Below are positions 27,085 to 36,428 of a DNA stretch of 64,000 bases, one piece after another. Numbering within the stretch: position 1 is the stretch's first letter; each line of letters begins with the position of its first letter. The DNA lies in the IMG/VR virus record IMGVR_UViG_3300028025_004073; one strand, given 5' to 3'. This DNA is from an uncultured virus (IMG/VR IMGVR_UViG_3300028025_004073). Lineage: Duplodnaviria > Heunggongvirae > Uroviricota > Caudoviricetes. The notes beneath the pieces were generated by a model. It saw only the letters and a list, made by a program, of their open reading frames with translations. It was not told the DNA's origin and made no database searches. Made by a program: the position numbers and the translations under genes.

Positions 27085-27848
27085 CCACCTTAGATGACCT
27101 AACAATACCTGCACCGCCCATTGGACCGATGGATTGGAATGCAGACGGATTTGTTATTAAGAAAAACTTAGTTCCAGAAGAGTTAATGGTTAACTACGAA
27201 CAGTGCTGGATGGAAAACAATGCTGAACGACCTGGTGGTTGGCCTGATTGCACACCGTACCGCAGACACCCAGAGGTCATGGAGATTCTTACTTATAGCG
27301 GCATCAGCGACACCATGCAAGAACTGATTGGTGAACCTGCTGGTCTTCATTTAAATCTAACGGGGTGGGTTACTACTCGCCGTAATTGGCATCAAGATTC
27401 TTACTTAAATCCAGACCACGTGGGTGATTACTACGCTGCTATCTGGATTGCTCTTGAAACTATCCACCCAGACTCTGGTCCATTCCAGTTTGTTCGTGGA
27501 TCACATAGGTGGCCTACGGTTACTAGAGAAAAGATTCTTGATGCGTTAGAACCATCTGAACGTGATCACACGTGGCCCAAACACAGTGAACGACTACTTA
27601 CCCCATTGTTTGAAGCAGAGATTGAAAAGCGAAACGCTGAAGTAATCACTTATCTTCCAGAGCGTGGTGACGTGTTGTTCTGGCATGGTCGTTTACTACA
27701 TCGTGGTTCTGAGCCTAATGTTGTGGGTATGCCACGCAAGTCTTTGATTGCCCACTACTCAGGAATCAATCATCGTCAAGATATGCCTACAGCAAAACGT
27801 CATGGTGGGGGTTGGTACTTCCCACTAGAAGGTGGTCCTGTCTCATGA
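27081..27848 (+). CDS. PhyH (phytanoyl-CoA dioxygenase)-family 2OG-Fe(II) oxygenase
   Basis: WHQDS...WIALE...GPFQFVRGSH...GDVLFWHGRLLHRGS. Confidence 0.85.
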   Translation: MTTLDDLTIPAPPIGPMDWNADGFVIKKNLVPEELMVNYEQCWMENNAERPGGWPDCTPYRRHPEVMEILTYSGISDTMQELIGEPAGLHLNLTGWVTTRRNWHQDSYLNPDHVGDYYAAIWIALETIHPDSGPFQFVRGSHRWPTVTREKILDALEPSERDHTWPKHSERLLTPLFEAEIEKRNAEVITYLPERGDVLFWHGRLLHRGSEPNVVGMPRKSLIAHYSGINHRQDMPTAKRHGGGWYFPLEGGPVS

Positions 27849-28420
27849 AACTACTTAACGCAGGTTGTGGAACACACTACGCACAAGGTTGGGTAAACAC
27901 AGACGTTTGGGAAAACGAAGACACTAGACCTGATGTTCGTGTAGAACCTGGTAAGCCATACCCATTTGAAGACAATACATTTGACGCTGTATTCATGAGC
28001 CACGTGCTTGAACATATCCATTGGGGTGAAGTCCCTGCGTTCTTAAATGAGATGTCCCGTGTAGGTAACCCAGGAGCACCAATGCTCATTATCTGCCCCG
28101 ATGTCTACAAGACCATCAAACTTTGGCATCAGGGATCTATGCCTTGGTGGTTAGTTGAATCAGTCATGGAACACGCTGAAGTTGCTCCAGAGCATCTTCA
28201 AGACGTTGAATGGTGGGATGGGGCTACCCACCATTGGAACGCCCATGAAAAACGGATAGAAGATTTACTTAAAGGTATGGGGTTCCCAGACATTGAGAAT
28301 GTTTTTAGCCTGATTCCTAATGGAAACTTGTGGAAAGATAACCACATTACAGATTTAACTTGGCCTGTTGTGGGTAAGGCTGAATGGCAACTCTGCCTAA
28401 GATTTAATAACAAACTATAA
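27845..28420 (+). CDS. class I SAM-dependent methyltransferase
   Basis: LLNAGCG...PFEDNTFDAVFMSHVLEHI. Confidence 0.85.
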   Translation: MKLLNAGCGTHYAQGWVNTDVWENEDTRPDVRVEPGKPYPFEDNTFDAVFMSHVLEHIHWGEVPAFLNEMSRVGNPGAPMLIICPDVYKTIKLWHQGSMPWWLVESVMEHAEVAPEHLQDVEWWDGATHHWNAHEKRIEDLLKGMGFPDIENVFSLIPNGNLWKDNHITDLTWPVVGKAEWQLCLRFNNKL

Positions 28421-28427
28421 TTGCTGC

Positions 28428-29000
28428 ATGGCACAACGTGGTTTAGGTAAATACGGCAAGGACAGGATTAAGGAATCCCTTAACGCTACCTCTAAAGATG
28501 TTGGTGGTGCTAAGAGTAGTCGTGAAGAAGCATTTGATCCTTGGATTGCTGCCAGTCCTGGGTTTAACAACGCAGTTCCAGCAATGCTTGGTGTAAACAC
28601 TAACGGAACAGACAGTACCCGTCTTTCTCACGCCCAGTATTTCTTTGACCCAGAAACGATGTCTGGTAACTTTTATGTAAAGTTCCGCCGTAGGGGTGAC
28701 GAGTATGTGTACTCAGGAGTTCCACTTTATGCCGCTAGAAGAATCTATGATGCACTATCTAAGGGTAAATCCACGCCAGAATTAGAACAGTTTGGTTATT
28801 ACAAACATCAAGGTGGTGAGTCTGAATACTTTGCTCGTCAACCAGGAACACCTCTTGGAAGAAAGTTTATGTCTGGAATAGTTACACCACAAGATAACCA
28901 GCAGAAGACACTATTTGAGGCAGAAGGCAAGGAAGTAAATCCTGTACAGCGTAACCTGTACCAGGATCAACTTGGTCTAAACTGGGGAGAAATAGACTAA
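28428..29000 (+). CDS. KTSC-domain protein
   Basis: FYVKFRRRGDEYVYSGVP...IYDALSKGK; TATAAT 6 nt upstream. Confidence 0.65.
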   Translation: MAQRGLGKYGKDRIKESLNATSKDVGGAKSSREEAFDPWIAASPGFNNAVPAMLGVNTNGTDSTRLSHAQYFFDPETMSGNFYVKFRRRGDEYVYSGVPLYAARRIYDALSKGKSTPELEQFGYYKHQGGESEYFARQPGTPLGRKFMSGIVTPQDNQQKTLFEAEGKEVNPVQRNLYQDQLGLNWGEID

Positions 29001-29014
29001 GGTAAGGTTACAAC

Positions 29015-29284
29015 ATGAATAAAATGAAAGGTATTTTGTTCTTCTATTGGATCGCCCGTGACACTGGTGATTCTAATATTCCACACATCGCAATGGGTAC
29101 GTGCCAAGAACTTGGTGGGTACTGGCGAAAGGGAAGAGGAATCCAACTTAGATTTGGTAAGTACTTATTTCAATTTGGTTTGTGTAAAAAGAACAAGATC
29201 CAAGATGAAACAGAAGGATTACTATTTGCTGTGGGTGGTCGTGAACTGGATACAACTGTGAAGGAAATCAAAACATGGGCATAA
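29015..29284 (+). CDS. hypothetical protein
   Basis: First gene of a three-gene run before terL; TAAGGT 6 nt upstream. Confidence 0.55.
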   Translation: MNKMKGILFFYWIARDTGDSNIPHIAMGTCQELGGYWRKGRGIQLRFGKYLFQFGLCKKNKIQDETEGLLFAVGGRELDTTVKEIKTWA

Positions 29285-29517
29285 ATGTTTTTAAAAAAGA
29301 AACAAAAAAGATTGAAAACCTTCCACCTACTAAGGCACAACAACGTGCTTCCAAGATGGAAACAAGTGGCTTATACACAACAATGGATAACACGATTATG
29401 TACTTAGGACAAGCATTTGATGCCTGGAGATATAAGTCAGCACCAGCCAGTGAAGTCAAAGATTGTCTAGAGGCATTACAGACTATTTGGGAAGAAATAG
29501 AGGCTAGAAAACAATGA
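29275..29517 (+). CDS. small helical hypothetical protein
   Basis: Overlap coupling with neighbours. Confidence 0.55.
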   Translation: MGINVFKKETKKIENLPPTKAQQRASKMETSGLYTTMDNTIMYLGQAFDAWRYKSAPASEVKDCLEALQTIWEEIEARKQ

Positions 29518-29750
29518 GATCACCAGAAGAACTTAGGATGGACAGTACTATTTGGTTGGCAAAAGAACTTGCAAACCGTGTGCAGGCATTCCCCCACAAC
29601 GGGCTGTTAAAGCGTATTGATTACCAATTGGTAGCAGACACTGGTGACATGCTTGACTTTTTACGCCAGGTAGAAAAGTACGTGGATGAGGTAGAAGCCA
29701 CTCGCCGTATGTTTGCCCCAAATAACCCTGACCAATTATCATTGTTCTAA
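29514..29750 (+). CDS. small protein ending in QLSLF
   Basis: C-terminal NPDQLSLF; directly upstream of terL. Confidence 0.6.
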   Translation: MRSPEELRMDSTIWLAKELANRVQAFPHNGLLKRIDYQLVADTGDMLDFLRQVEKYVDEVEATRRMFAPNNPDQLSLF

Positions 29751-29771
29751 ACTGGGGTAGCCTAGTAGGGT

Positions 29772-31334
29772 ATGTCGGATACCGTATTAGATCAAGAACA
29801 AGAGTTACTAGCAGAGGAAATAGTTGAGGAACTTGACGAAACCTCGGCTGAATTTGTTGACCAGTTAGTTACCAAACTTGTTCTTTTTACCGAACAGTTT
29901 TGCAATGTGCAATTGTTTCCGTACCAAATTCCAATTGCATATCGGATTATTGAATCTATTGTTTTAGGTGACGGTGAAGAACTAACCCTTGTTGCTACTC
30001 GTCAGTCTGGTAAGTCTGAAGTGCTTTCTAATGTGCTCGCTGCACAGATGGTTATCCTTCCTAAATTGGCTAAGGTTTACCCAACGTGGTTGTCTAAGTT
30101 TGAAAAAGGATTTTGGGTTGGTGTATTTGCCCCAACTGAAGATCAAGCAGACACTGTATTCAGTCGTATCGTAAGTCGGTTAACTAGTGACCATGCTCTT
30201 GAGTTTTTACTTGACCCAGAACTAGATGACAAAGCACAGTCTGGTGGTACTCGTGGTAAAGGAAAAATCATAACGATGAAGCGTTCTGGGTCGCTTTGCC
30301 GTATGCAGACTTGTAACCCAAAGGCAAAGATTGAATCAAAGACATATCACTTCGTGCTTATTGACGAGGCCCAAGAAGCAGATGAGTTTATGATTACTAA
30401 GTCAATCAAGCCGATGTTGGCGTTTAACAACGGAAGCATCATGCTTACTGGGACTGCTTCCCGTACCAAGTCTTATTTCTACAAGATGATCCAGTACAAC
30501 AAGCGCCGTGCTACACAGGCTAGAAACATCAGAGATGCACACTTTGAGTACGACTGGAGAGTTGCGTCAAAGTACAACCCAAACTACGGAAAGTTTATTG
30601 CCAAAGAAAAACTCCGTATTGGTGAGGATTCTGATGAGTTCAGAATGTCTTACTGCAATCATTGGATGTTGGAAAAGGGAATGTTTGTAACTGAGGAACG
30701 GATGGAAAGACTCTACGACTCATCCATGCCTATGGTCAAACAGTGGTGGAGAACCCCAGTCGTGGTGGGTATTGACGTTGCCCGATCCAACGACTCCACC
30801 GTAGTGACCGTTTGCTGGGTGGACTGGGATCATCCAGATCCGTTTGGTTTTTATGAACACCGAATTCTTAACTGGTTGGAAATCAACGACCAGGAATGGG
30901 AACAGCAGTACTTCCAGATCATTGACTTCTTACGTAACTACGATGTACTGCGTATCGGGGTAGACGCACAAGGTGTTGGTGGGGCTGTAGCAGAACGTCT
31001 TAAAATACTTCTTCCAAACATTGAAGTCTTACCAATTAGTTCGGACTCAAAAGCACAAAACGAACGATGGGTACACCTAACAGAATTAATCCAGCGAGAG
31101 CAGTTAGTAATTCCTGGACACTCTAAGGCTCGCCGTACCCGTAACTGGAAACGGTTTAACCAACAGATGAATGATCTTGAGAAGGTCTACCGTGGTCCGT
31201 ACATGCTGGCAGAAGCACCCGATGAAAAAGGAGCGTTTGACGACTACCCAGATTCACTAGCAATTGCTTGCTATATGACCGTTCAAGATGCAATGCCGAC
31301 AATTCAAGTTGGGGAAAACCCGTTTTTCAATTAA
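29772..31334 (+). CDS. terL: terminase large subunit
   Basis: ATRQSGKS Walker A, VLIDEAQ Walker B, GIDVARSND and DDYPDS nuclease motifs. Confidence 0.95.
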   Translation: MSDTVLDQEQELLAEEIVEELDETSAEFVDQLVTKLVLFTEQFCNVQLFPYQIPIAYRIIESIVLGDGEELTLVATRQSGKSEVLSNVLAAQMVILPKLAKVYPTWLSKFEKGFWVGVFAPTEDQADTVFSRIVSRLTSDHALEFLLDPELDDKAQSGGTRGKGKIITMKRSGSLCRMQTCNPKAKIESKTYHFVLIDEAQEADEFMITKSIKPMLAFNNGSIMLTGTASRTKSYFYKMIQYNKRRATQARNIRDAHFEYDWRVASKYNPNYGKFIAKEKLRIGEDSDEFRMSYCNHWMLEKGMFVTEERMERLYDSSMPMVKQWWRTPVVVGIDVARSNDSTVVTVCWVDWDHPDPFGFYEHRILNWLEINDQEWEQQYFQIIDFLRNYDVLRIGVDAQGVGGAVAERLKILLPNIEVLPISSDSKAQNERWVHLTELIQREQLVIPGHSKARRTRNWKRFNQQMNDLEKVYRGPYMLAEAPDEKGAFDDYPDSLAIACYMTVQDAMPTIQVGENPFFN

Positions 31335-31373
31335 TGGTATTCTATGGACACCCCTATTTACTGAGGAGTCAAT

Positions 31374-31775
31374 ATGACAGTAGCACCAGCACCTATGTTC
31401 CCTGAGAAGTTTTCGCCAGTTTTTGAACGAAACTTTGCTCCAAGCATCCCTGGAAACAAAGGACCTCTTCGCTTTGAAGAAGGAATTGCAACAGACACAG
31501 ACGTACCAAATGACTTTGGTCGTGGCGCATATGAGGACACTGCTCCATCGCCACTCCGTCAAAACCAGAACAACCCAGAAATGTTCTACAAGCATGCAGC
31601 AGACACGATGCGTGAACGAGCACACGTTGGCTCGGCATCGTGGGTAGAAGCACCTTCGGTACTTTCAGAGTTTGTTGAAGGCGCAATGGCAGGAGATGAC
31701 ATGCCTAAGTTTGAGTATTCATATAACTCAGGCATGCACATGAACCGACCAAACGTGACGGTAGTTACCGACTAA
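31374..31775 (+). CDS. hypothetical protein, possibly virion-associated
   Basis: GAGGAG RBS; follows terL. Confidence 0.65.
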   Translation: MTVAPAPMFPEKFSPVFERNFAPSIPGNKGPLRFEEGIATDTDVPNDFGRGAYEDTAPSPLRQNQNNPEMFYKHAADTMRERAHVGSASWVEAPSVLSEFVEGAMAGDDMPKFEYSYNSGMHMNRPNVTVVTD

Positions 31776-31777
31776 TC

Positions 31778-32314
31778 ATGGAAACTGGCGGTGGCAACGA
31801 AAGCGTTGACGCTGGCACAACTTCAGGACAAGGGGTTGACCCTTCTCCTTTGCTGACCTCAACCGATGATTTAAAAGAAGGTATTGCTCAATCGTATGGA
31901 TTAACCCCATACGGTCAGTACACCCCTACCCTTTCATTTGGTCGTTCCGCCGCATTCCAAGGTTCTATCCCACGCTCTGAAAAAAAGAAAACATATGAGC
32001 GTAGGCCACAGTATGTTCTTTCTTCTTTTGTAAAAAGAAATTTGAATGTCAATGTTTACCAACCTACTGGGTTTTCTGTGACTCGCCAGTTGCAAGCATC
32101 TGACTCTATGCAAGAAGAACAGACATCACGCCCAGACCCAAATGCTGATCCTATTGACTCGGTGTTTAGCAGGGGCAAGCCAATGCTTGATGGAAAAGTT
32201 AAGGATACTCCTCGCCCTGAAGAAGAAGGTCGCCTAGTTAAGGAAACCGATTTGCGCCGTAGAGCGATTCACGTTAGCAAGGGCCGCAAAGACGAAAACG
32301 ATTTTGGACAGTAA
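31778..32314 (+). CDS. hypothetical protein, probably disordered
   Basis: 178-aa ORF in operon. Confidence 0.6.
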   Translation: METGGGNESVDAGTTSGQGVDPSPLLTSTDDLKEGIAQSYGLTPYGQYTPTLSFGRSAAFQGSIPRSEKKKTYERRPQYVLSSFVKRNLNVNVYQPTGFSVTRQLQASDSMQEEQTSRPDPNADPIDSVFSRGKPMLDGKVKDTPRPEEEGRLVKETDLRRRAIHVSKGRKDENDFGQ

Positions 32315-32328
32315 AGGTAGAATAGGAC

Positions 32329-33537
32329 ATGGCTAAGAAAAGCATACAAGTAACCCCAAAGCCCCCAGCGCTTCAAGACATTGTTAACTCTGTCAGTGAG
32401 GCTGAGTATCGCCAAGCAATTGCCGAACCTAGAAAGGTAATGGCTGACTGGGATAAGTTTAAAACAAGCCGTGGCGCTGGCGCTGGTTTAACGATGATTA
32501 GCGATATTGACCCAGAAGCAAAATCAACTAACTTAAAAATTGCTAAAAACGCAAGTCACCCAAACGAACTTATTAGGGCAACCCATGAAATGGGAATGTC
32601 GTTAGCAAACGCAGACACAAGTGGTTTATTTGAAGGATGTCATGGTTGTAGAACACCAGAATGTACTGCGTTGTGTAACTCTCATTCAGGACATTACGGA
32701 ATGCCTAAGGGTTCTGCAAATAAGGCAAAACTAGTTCGTTCCGCTTACTGGGCAGAAAACCCACAGTTTGCTGGAGCACTTGCTGTACTTCAATCACGAA
32801 GAGGTGCTCGTGCTGCTCGTGAAATTGGAATGATACCTGCTATGCGTAGCAACATGTGGACAGACGTTCCTTGGCATAAAACAACATTGGCTGGCCCTTG
32901 GATTGCGGACTTTGAAGGTAAAGGAAGCACAGACCCAGAGGCTACTGGTCTTGCAAAACAACATCCGTTAATGACCCACTCAAATTACACAAAAGAAACA
33001 ATGAACCGTGTACTTCGCCCAGGTGAAAAAGAACCTGAAGCAGATGCACCATCAAACTATATTCTTACTGGAAGTATCAGCGAACAAACTCCTACAAAAC
33101 GTGTTCAACAACGACACGATGCTGGACTTACTACGCAAGCAGCGTTGTGGTTAGGGGAAGATGACCCTAAGCCTGAAAGATGGACAATGCGAGATGCACA
33201 TGGCAACGAAGCAGAATTTCATTTGTATGATGCAGACGCTTACGATGCTCGTTTACATGACACTGCGCTTGGTCACGCTGGGCAAACTGGTGGTCTACGT
33301 GGCAAACGAACAAAGGGATTAGAAAGCCTAGTAGGTAAAGCAACTGAATCAAGTTTTATACGCCCAGTACACCCTGACATTCCAGTTGGTCAACCTGGGG
33401 GTATTCCTAAGAAGTACGCATCTCCTGATGTTATACAACGCCAAAAGATTAGGGGAATTCTTGATAGCACACCGCAAGGTGCTTCAAGTCGTGTACGTAA
33501 CCACATGAGTGGTCAGCAATTCGGTGAGAGCGAGTGA
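32329..33537 (+). CDS. GP88-like Cys-cluster protein with C-terminal HMSGQQF
   Basis: CHGCRTPECTALC, PAMRSNMWTDVPW and NYTK resemble the phage GP88 family (recalled, not searched). Confidence 0.55.
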   Translation: MAKKSIQVTPKPPALQDIVNSVSEAEYRQAIAEPRKVMADWDKFKTSRGAGAGLTMISDIDPEAKSTNLKIAKNASHPNELIRATHEMGMSLANADTSGLFEGCHGCRTPECTALCNSHSGHYGMPKGSANKAKLVRSAYWAENPQFAGALAVLQSRRGARAAREIGMIPAMRSNMWTDVPWHKTTLAGPWIADFEGKGSTDPEATGLAKQHPLMTHSNYTKETMNRVLRPGEKEPEADAPSNYILTGSISEQTPTKRVQQRHDAGLTTQAALWLGEDDPKPERWTMRDAHGNEAEFHLYDADAYDARLHDTALGHAGQTGGLRGKRTKGLESLVGKATESSFIRPVHPDIPVGQPGGIPKKYASPDVIQRQKIRGILDSTPQGASSRVRNHMSGQQFGESE

Positions 33538-33540
33538 CAG

Positions 33541-33759
33541 ATGACAGATGCATGGGCGATCATCATTGCGGCTGCTATACCCGTAGTCGGAACTGGAGTC
33601 GGTTTTCTTATAAGGGAATTCAAAAACTTCAGAGTAGAAAATCGCCAAGATCACGCAAACGTAATGGCAGAACTTCGTAAAGTTCGTAGCGGTATTGACG
33701 TAGTTGCTGGTCGTTTAAACCAACACATTGACTGGCATATGGATAAGGGAAAGAAATGA
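33541..33759 (+). CDS. single-TM membrane protein (holin-like/lysis accessory)
   Basis: N-terminal TM plus coiled coil; upstream of endolysin. Confidence 0.6.
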   Translation: MTDAWAIIIAAAIPVVGTGVGFLIREFKNFRVENRQDHANVMAELRKVRSGIDVVAGRLNQHIDWHMDKGKK

Positions 33760-33992
33760 AAAAGTTATTCTTTATTTCAGCAATACTTTTAGCAAGTTGT
33801 GGCTATGACGGTAAGTACCGTTATGAATGCCAAGACCCAGCAAACTGGGAAAAGCCTGAGTGCCAACGCCCTGCATGCCAAGTAGATGGGGCATGCCCAG
33901 ACACATTACTAGGTTTTGACCCAACTTTGGAAGGTTTAGTAAACCCAGAATTAAATGATCTAATCCCAACACAGGAGACAACAGCACCATGA
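33756..33992 (+). CDS. small lipoprotein
   Basis: MKK + hydrophobic stretch + LLASC lipobox; Cys-rich. Confidence 0.7.
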   Translation: MKKLFFISAILLASCGYDGKYRYECQDPANWEKPECQRPACQVDGACPDTLLGFDPTLEGLVNPELNDLIPTQETTAP

Positions 33993-34276
33993 AACCACGG
34001 TTAACCTCAGCAGAACTAGATGCCCGTTTGAAGTTTGTAATCGGATGCATGCTTGGTTTTGTCCTACTCATCACCACAGTCGGAGTGCTTTGGGCGCTTG
34101 TGTTTGTTACACAGCCTATCGGCGCTCAAGCAGAGAATGATAAAATGTTCTTTAGCGTTCTTTCTTCAGTAGCGACATTCATTACTGGAACACTTGCTGG
34201 TTTGATGATTTCAACTGGCAGGAACGCAGAAGATAAAAATGGTAATGGTATCCCTGACGATGAGGAGATTGCATGA
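33989..34276 (+). CDS. two-TM membrane protein (holin candidate)
   Basis: Two hydrophobic helices; adjacent to endolysin. Confidence 0.65.
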   Translation: MKPRLTSAELDARLKFVIGCMLGFVLLITTVGVLWALVFVTQPIGAQAENDKMFFSVLSSVATFITGTLAGLMISTGRNAEDKNGNGIPDDEEIA

Positions 34277-34812
34277 GTAAGAAAGTTGCTTGGGATTATA
34301 TTGTTCCCGTAGTATTACCAAAGGATCTTAAGGGCATTGAGCCTGGAAAGTTGCCAGCAAACCTCCTCGTTCCAGCAGTCGGTGGTGGAAAACTGCACCA
34401 CATTGCAGCAAAAGCATGGGCTGCGATGGTCGCTGCTGCAAAGGCTGACGGTATTGAACTCAAGCCGACTTCCGCAGGCGACACATACCGTGAATACGAA
34501 TTGCAGAAAAAAGGATTCCTCCAACGCTACAGCCTTGAGGATACGGGAACTGGTAAGACAAAGACCTTTGAAGGAAAGACTTGGTACTTGAAGAAAGGCA
34601 TGGCGACCTTGGCTACTCCTGGTAAGTCCCAGCATAACCTCGGAATTGCCGTTGATGTGGCTAACGCCGCAGAACCAAAGCGTTTGAATTGGCTCATTGC
34701 CAATGTGAAGAAGTTTGGTTTCTCATGGGAAGTTGTCCCTGAAGAGCCTTGGCATCTTCGTTATGTCTGTGGCGACAACATGCCAGAAGCGGTTGCAGCC
34801 TTTCAAGGATAA
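34273..34812 (+). CDS. endolysin, peptidase M15 (VanY/D,D-carboxypeptidase-like)
   Basis: TYR..Q...PGKSQHNLGIAVD...EPWH. Confidence 0.85.
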   Translation: MSKKVAWDYIVPVVLPKDLKGIEPGKLPANLLVPAVGGGKLHHIAAKAWAAMVAAAKADGIELKPTSAGDTYREYELQKKGFLQRYSLEDTGTGKTKTFEGKTWYLKKGMATLATPGKSQHNLGIAVDVANAAEPKRLNWLIANVKKFGFSWEVVPEEPWHLRYVCGDNMPEAVAAFQG

Positions 34813-34841
34813 TTGACACGCCTACTTAGGTAGGATATGCT
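34813..34841 (+). promoter_or_regulatory. sigma70/SigA-type promoter with a dyad in the spacer
   Basis: TTGACA-17 nt-TATGCT; CCTAC-TTAG-GTAGG at 34821-34834. Confidence 0.7.
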
Positions 34842-34867
34842 ACACAACCTAACCAAAGGGTGGTAGC

Positions 34868-35011
34868 ATGAAAGTACATGACATTGACCGTATTATCTAT
34901 TACCTCGGAAAGGTCTTTGTTGGACCTTCTGATGCTGAAGACTTGTTCAGGGTGATAGAGGTGCTTCAAAAAGAGAGACAAAAACTGGAGAAGAAACATG
35001 TCCAAAAATAG
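34868..35011 (+). CDS. 47-aa hypothetical protein (not in ORF track)
   Basis: Hand translation MKVHDIDRIIYYLGKVFVGPSDAEDLFRVIEVLQKERQKLEKKHVQK. Confidence 0.5.
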   Translation: MKVHDIDRIIYYLGKVFVGPSDAEDLFRVIEVLQKERQKLEKKHVQK

Positions 35012-35279
35012 TCTATTAGACGACCTCAAAGCAGGTTCTGCACCACTCAAACAATGTGGTGTTGGGAAGGTTCGTGCTGGAATGACACTTGAAGAACAGG
35101 GTGCTCTTGATGAAGCATTTGCAAAGATTCGTGAAAGAAATTCGTCACCTCGCACAATTCAAACAAGTGGTTACACGTATAAGTGGCTAACTGACTTGCT
35201 CAAGAAACATGGGCATGACATAACAATCCGAATGGTAGAAAAACACAGCAGAAGGGTATGTAGTTGCGATGACAATTAA
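34998..35279 (+). CDS. small HTH/Zn-binding protein
   Basis: C...YKWLTDLLKKHGHDITIRMVEKHSRRVCSC. Confidence 0.6.
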   Translation: MSKNSLLDDLKAGSAPLKQCGVGKVRAGMTLEEQGALDEAFAKIRERNSSPRTIQTSGYTYKWLTDLLKKHGHDITIRMVEKHSRRVCSCDDN

Positions 35280-36426
35280 AGAAGAACTAACAGCAGGACC
35301 TCCTAATCCAAAAGAGGTTCTTGGAAAACTTGCTGATCTATTTACCCGACAAGGAATAGACATTGATGAAATTGGTCAGATACAACGAGTATCTCTTTAC
35401 CAATCACTTACTAAAAACGAAGAAGGTGAAGCAGAGATTCACGATCTCGCTGGTGTGCAATTTAAATTCTCACCTAAGTGGGAGTCTGGTCCTGAATGGC
35501 CTGTTGTACAACAAGGTCCTGCAATCAAATTGCCAGCACCAAAAGTAACCAAGAAAAAAGCAACAGGGTTTAAGACTTGTGTAGTTCCCCCAGACATTCA
35601 GATCGGTTACTACCGTAATCGTGAAGGGTTGCTAGAACCAACGCATGATGAAAAGGCTCTTGACATTTGCATCAAGGTTGTAGAAGAACTACAACCTGAA
35701 GTTGTTGCACTTGTTGGAGACAATCTTGACCTTCCTGAAATGGGCAAGTATGTAACGTACCCAGCGTACGCACAAACTACTCAAGCGTCAATTGATCGTG
35801 CGACTTTGTTCTGCGCTCAACTTCGTGCTGCTGCTCCAAATGCGAAGATCATCTGGCTTGCTGGTAACCACGAAGAGCGTATGCCTAAGTACCTTGTACA
35901 AAACGCAGGTGCTGCTTATGGTCTTCGCAAGGGAAACACCCCAGAATCATGGCCTGTTCTTTCAGTCCCGTATCTCTGCCGTATGGATGAATTTGGGGTT
36001 GAGTACAAGCCAGGTTACCCAGCATCAGACTATTGGGTCAATGAAAAACTTCGTATCATTCACGGTGACCGTGTTAAGTCATCAGGTTCAACCGCACACG
36101 TTTACTTAAACAATGAGAAGACCAGCGTAATCTACGGACATATTCATCGCATTGAGACAGCGTTTAAAACACGTGAAGACTTTGATGGTCCACGAACCAT
36201 CATGGCTGCTTCTCCTGGTTGCCTTGCTCGTATTGACGGTGCTATCCCATCCACTAGAGGTGGTGTGGATCTTGATGGTCGCCCACTAACTCGTCACGAG
36301 AATTGGCAGCAAGGTATCGGTGTTGTCACTTATGAGGATGACGGAAATCACAGGTTCGCATACGATGTTATTCCCATCTACAACGGCTGGGCGTTGTATC
36401 ATGGGAAAGAATTCATCGCTGAGTAG
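35269..36426 (+). CDS. calcineurin-like metallophosphoesterase
   Basis: PDIQ, GDNLD, GNHE, HGD and GHIH motifs. Confidence 0.85.
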   Translation: MTIKEELTAGPPNPKEVLGKLADLFTRQGIDIDEIGQIQRVSLYQSLTKNEEGEAEIHDLAGVQFKFSPKWESGPEWPVVQQGPAIKLPAPKVTKKKATGFKTCVVPPDIQIGYYRNREGLLEPTHDEKALDICIKVVEELQPEVVALVGDNLDLPEMGKYVTYPAYAQTTQASIDRATLFCAQLRAAAPNAKIIWLAGNHEERMPKYLVQNAGAAYGLRKGNTPESWPVLSVPYLCRMDEFGVEYKPGYPASDYWVNEKLRIIHGDRVKSSGSTAHVYLNNEKTSVIYGHIHRIETAFKTREDFDGPRTIMAASPGCLARIDGAIPSTRGGVDLDGRPLTRHENWQQGIGVVTYEDDGNHRFAYDVIPIYNGWALYHGKEFIAE

Positions 36427-36428
36427 CC

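Noticed and set aside
29015..29750. Terminase small subunit among the genes before terL
   Set aside because: Position fits but no recognisable TerS motif; left unassigned
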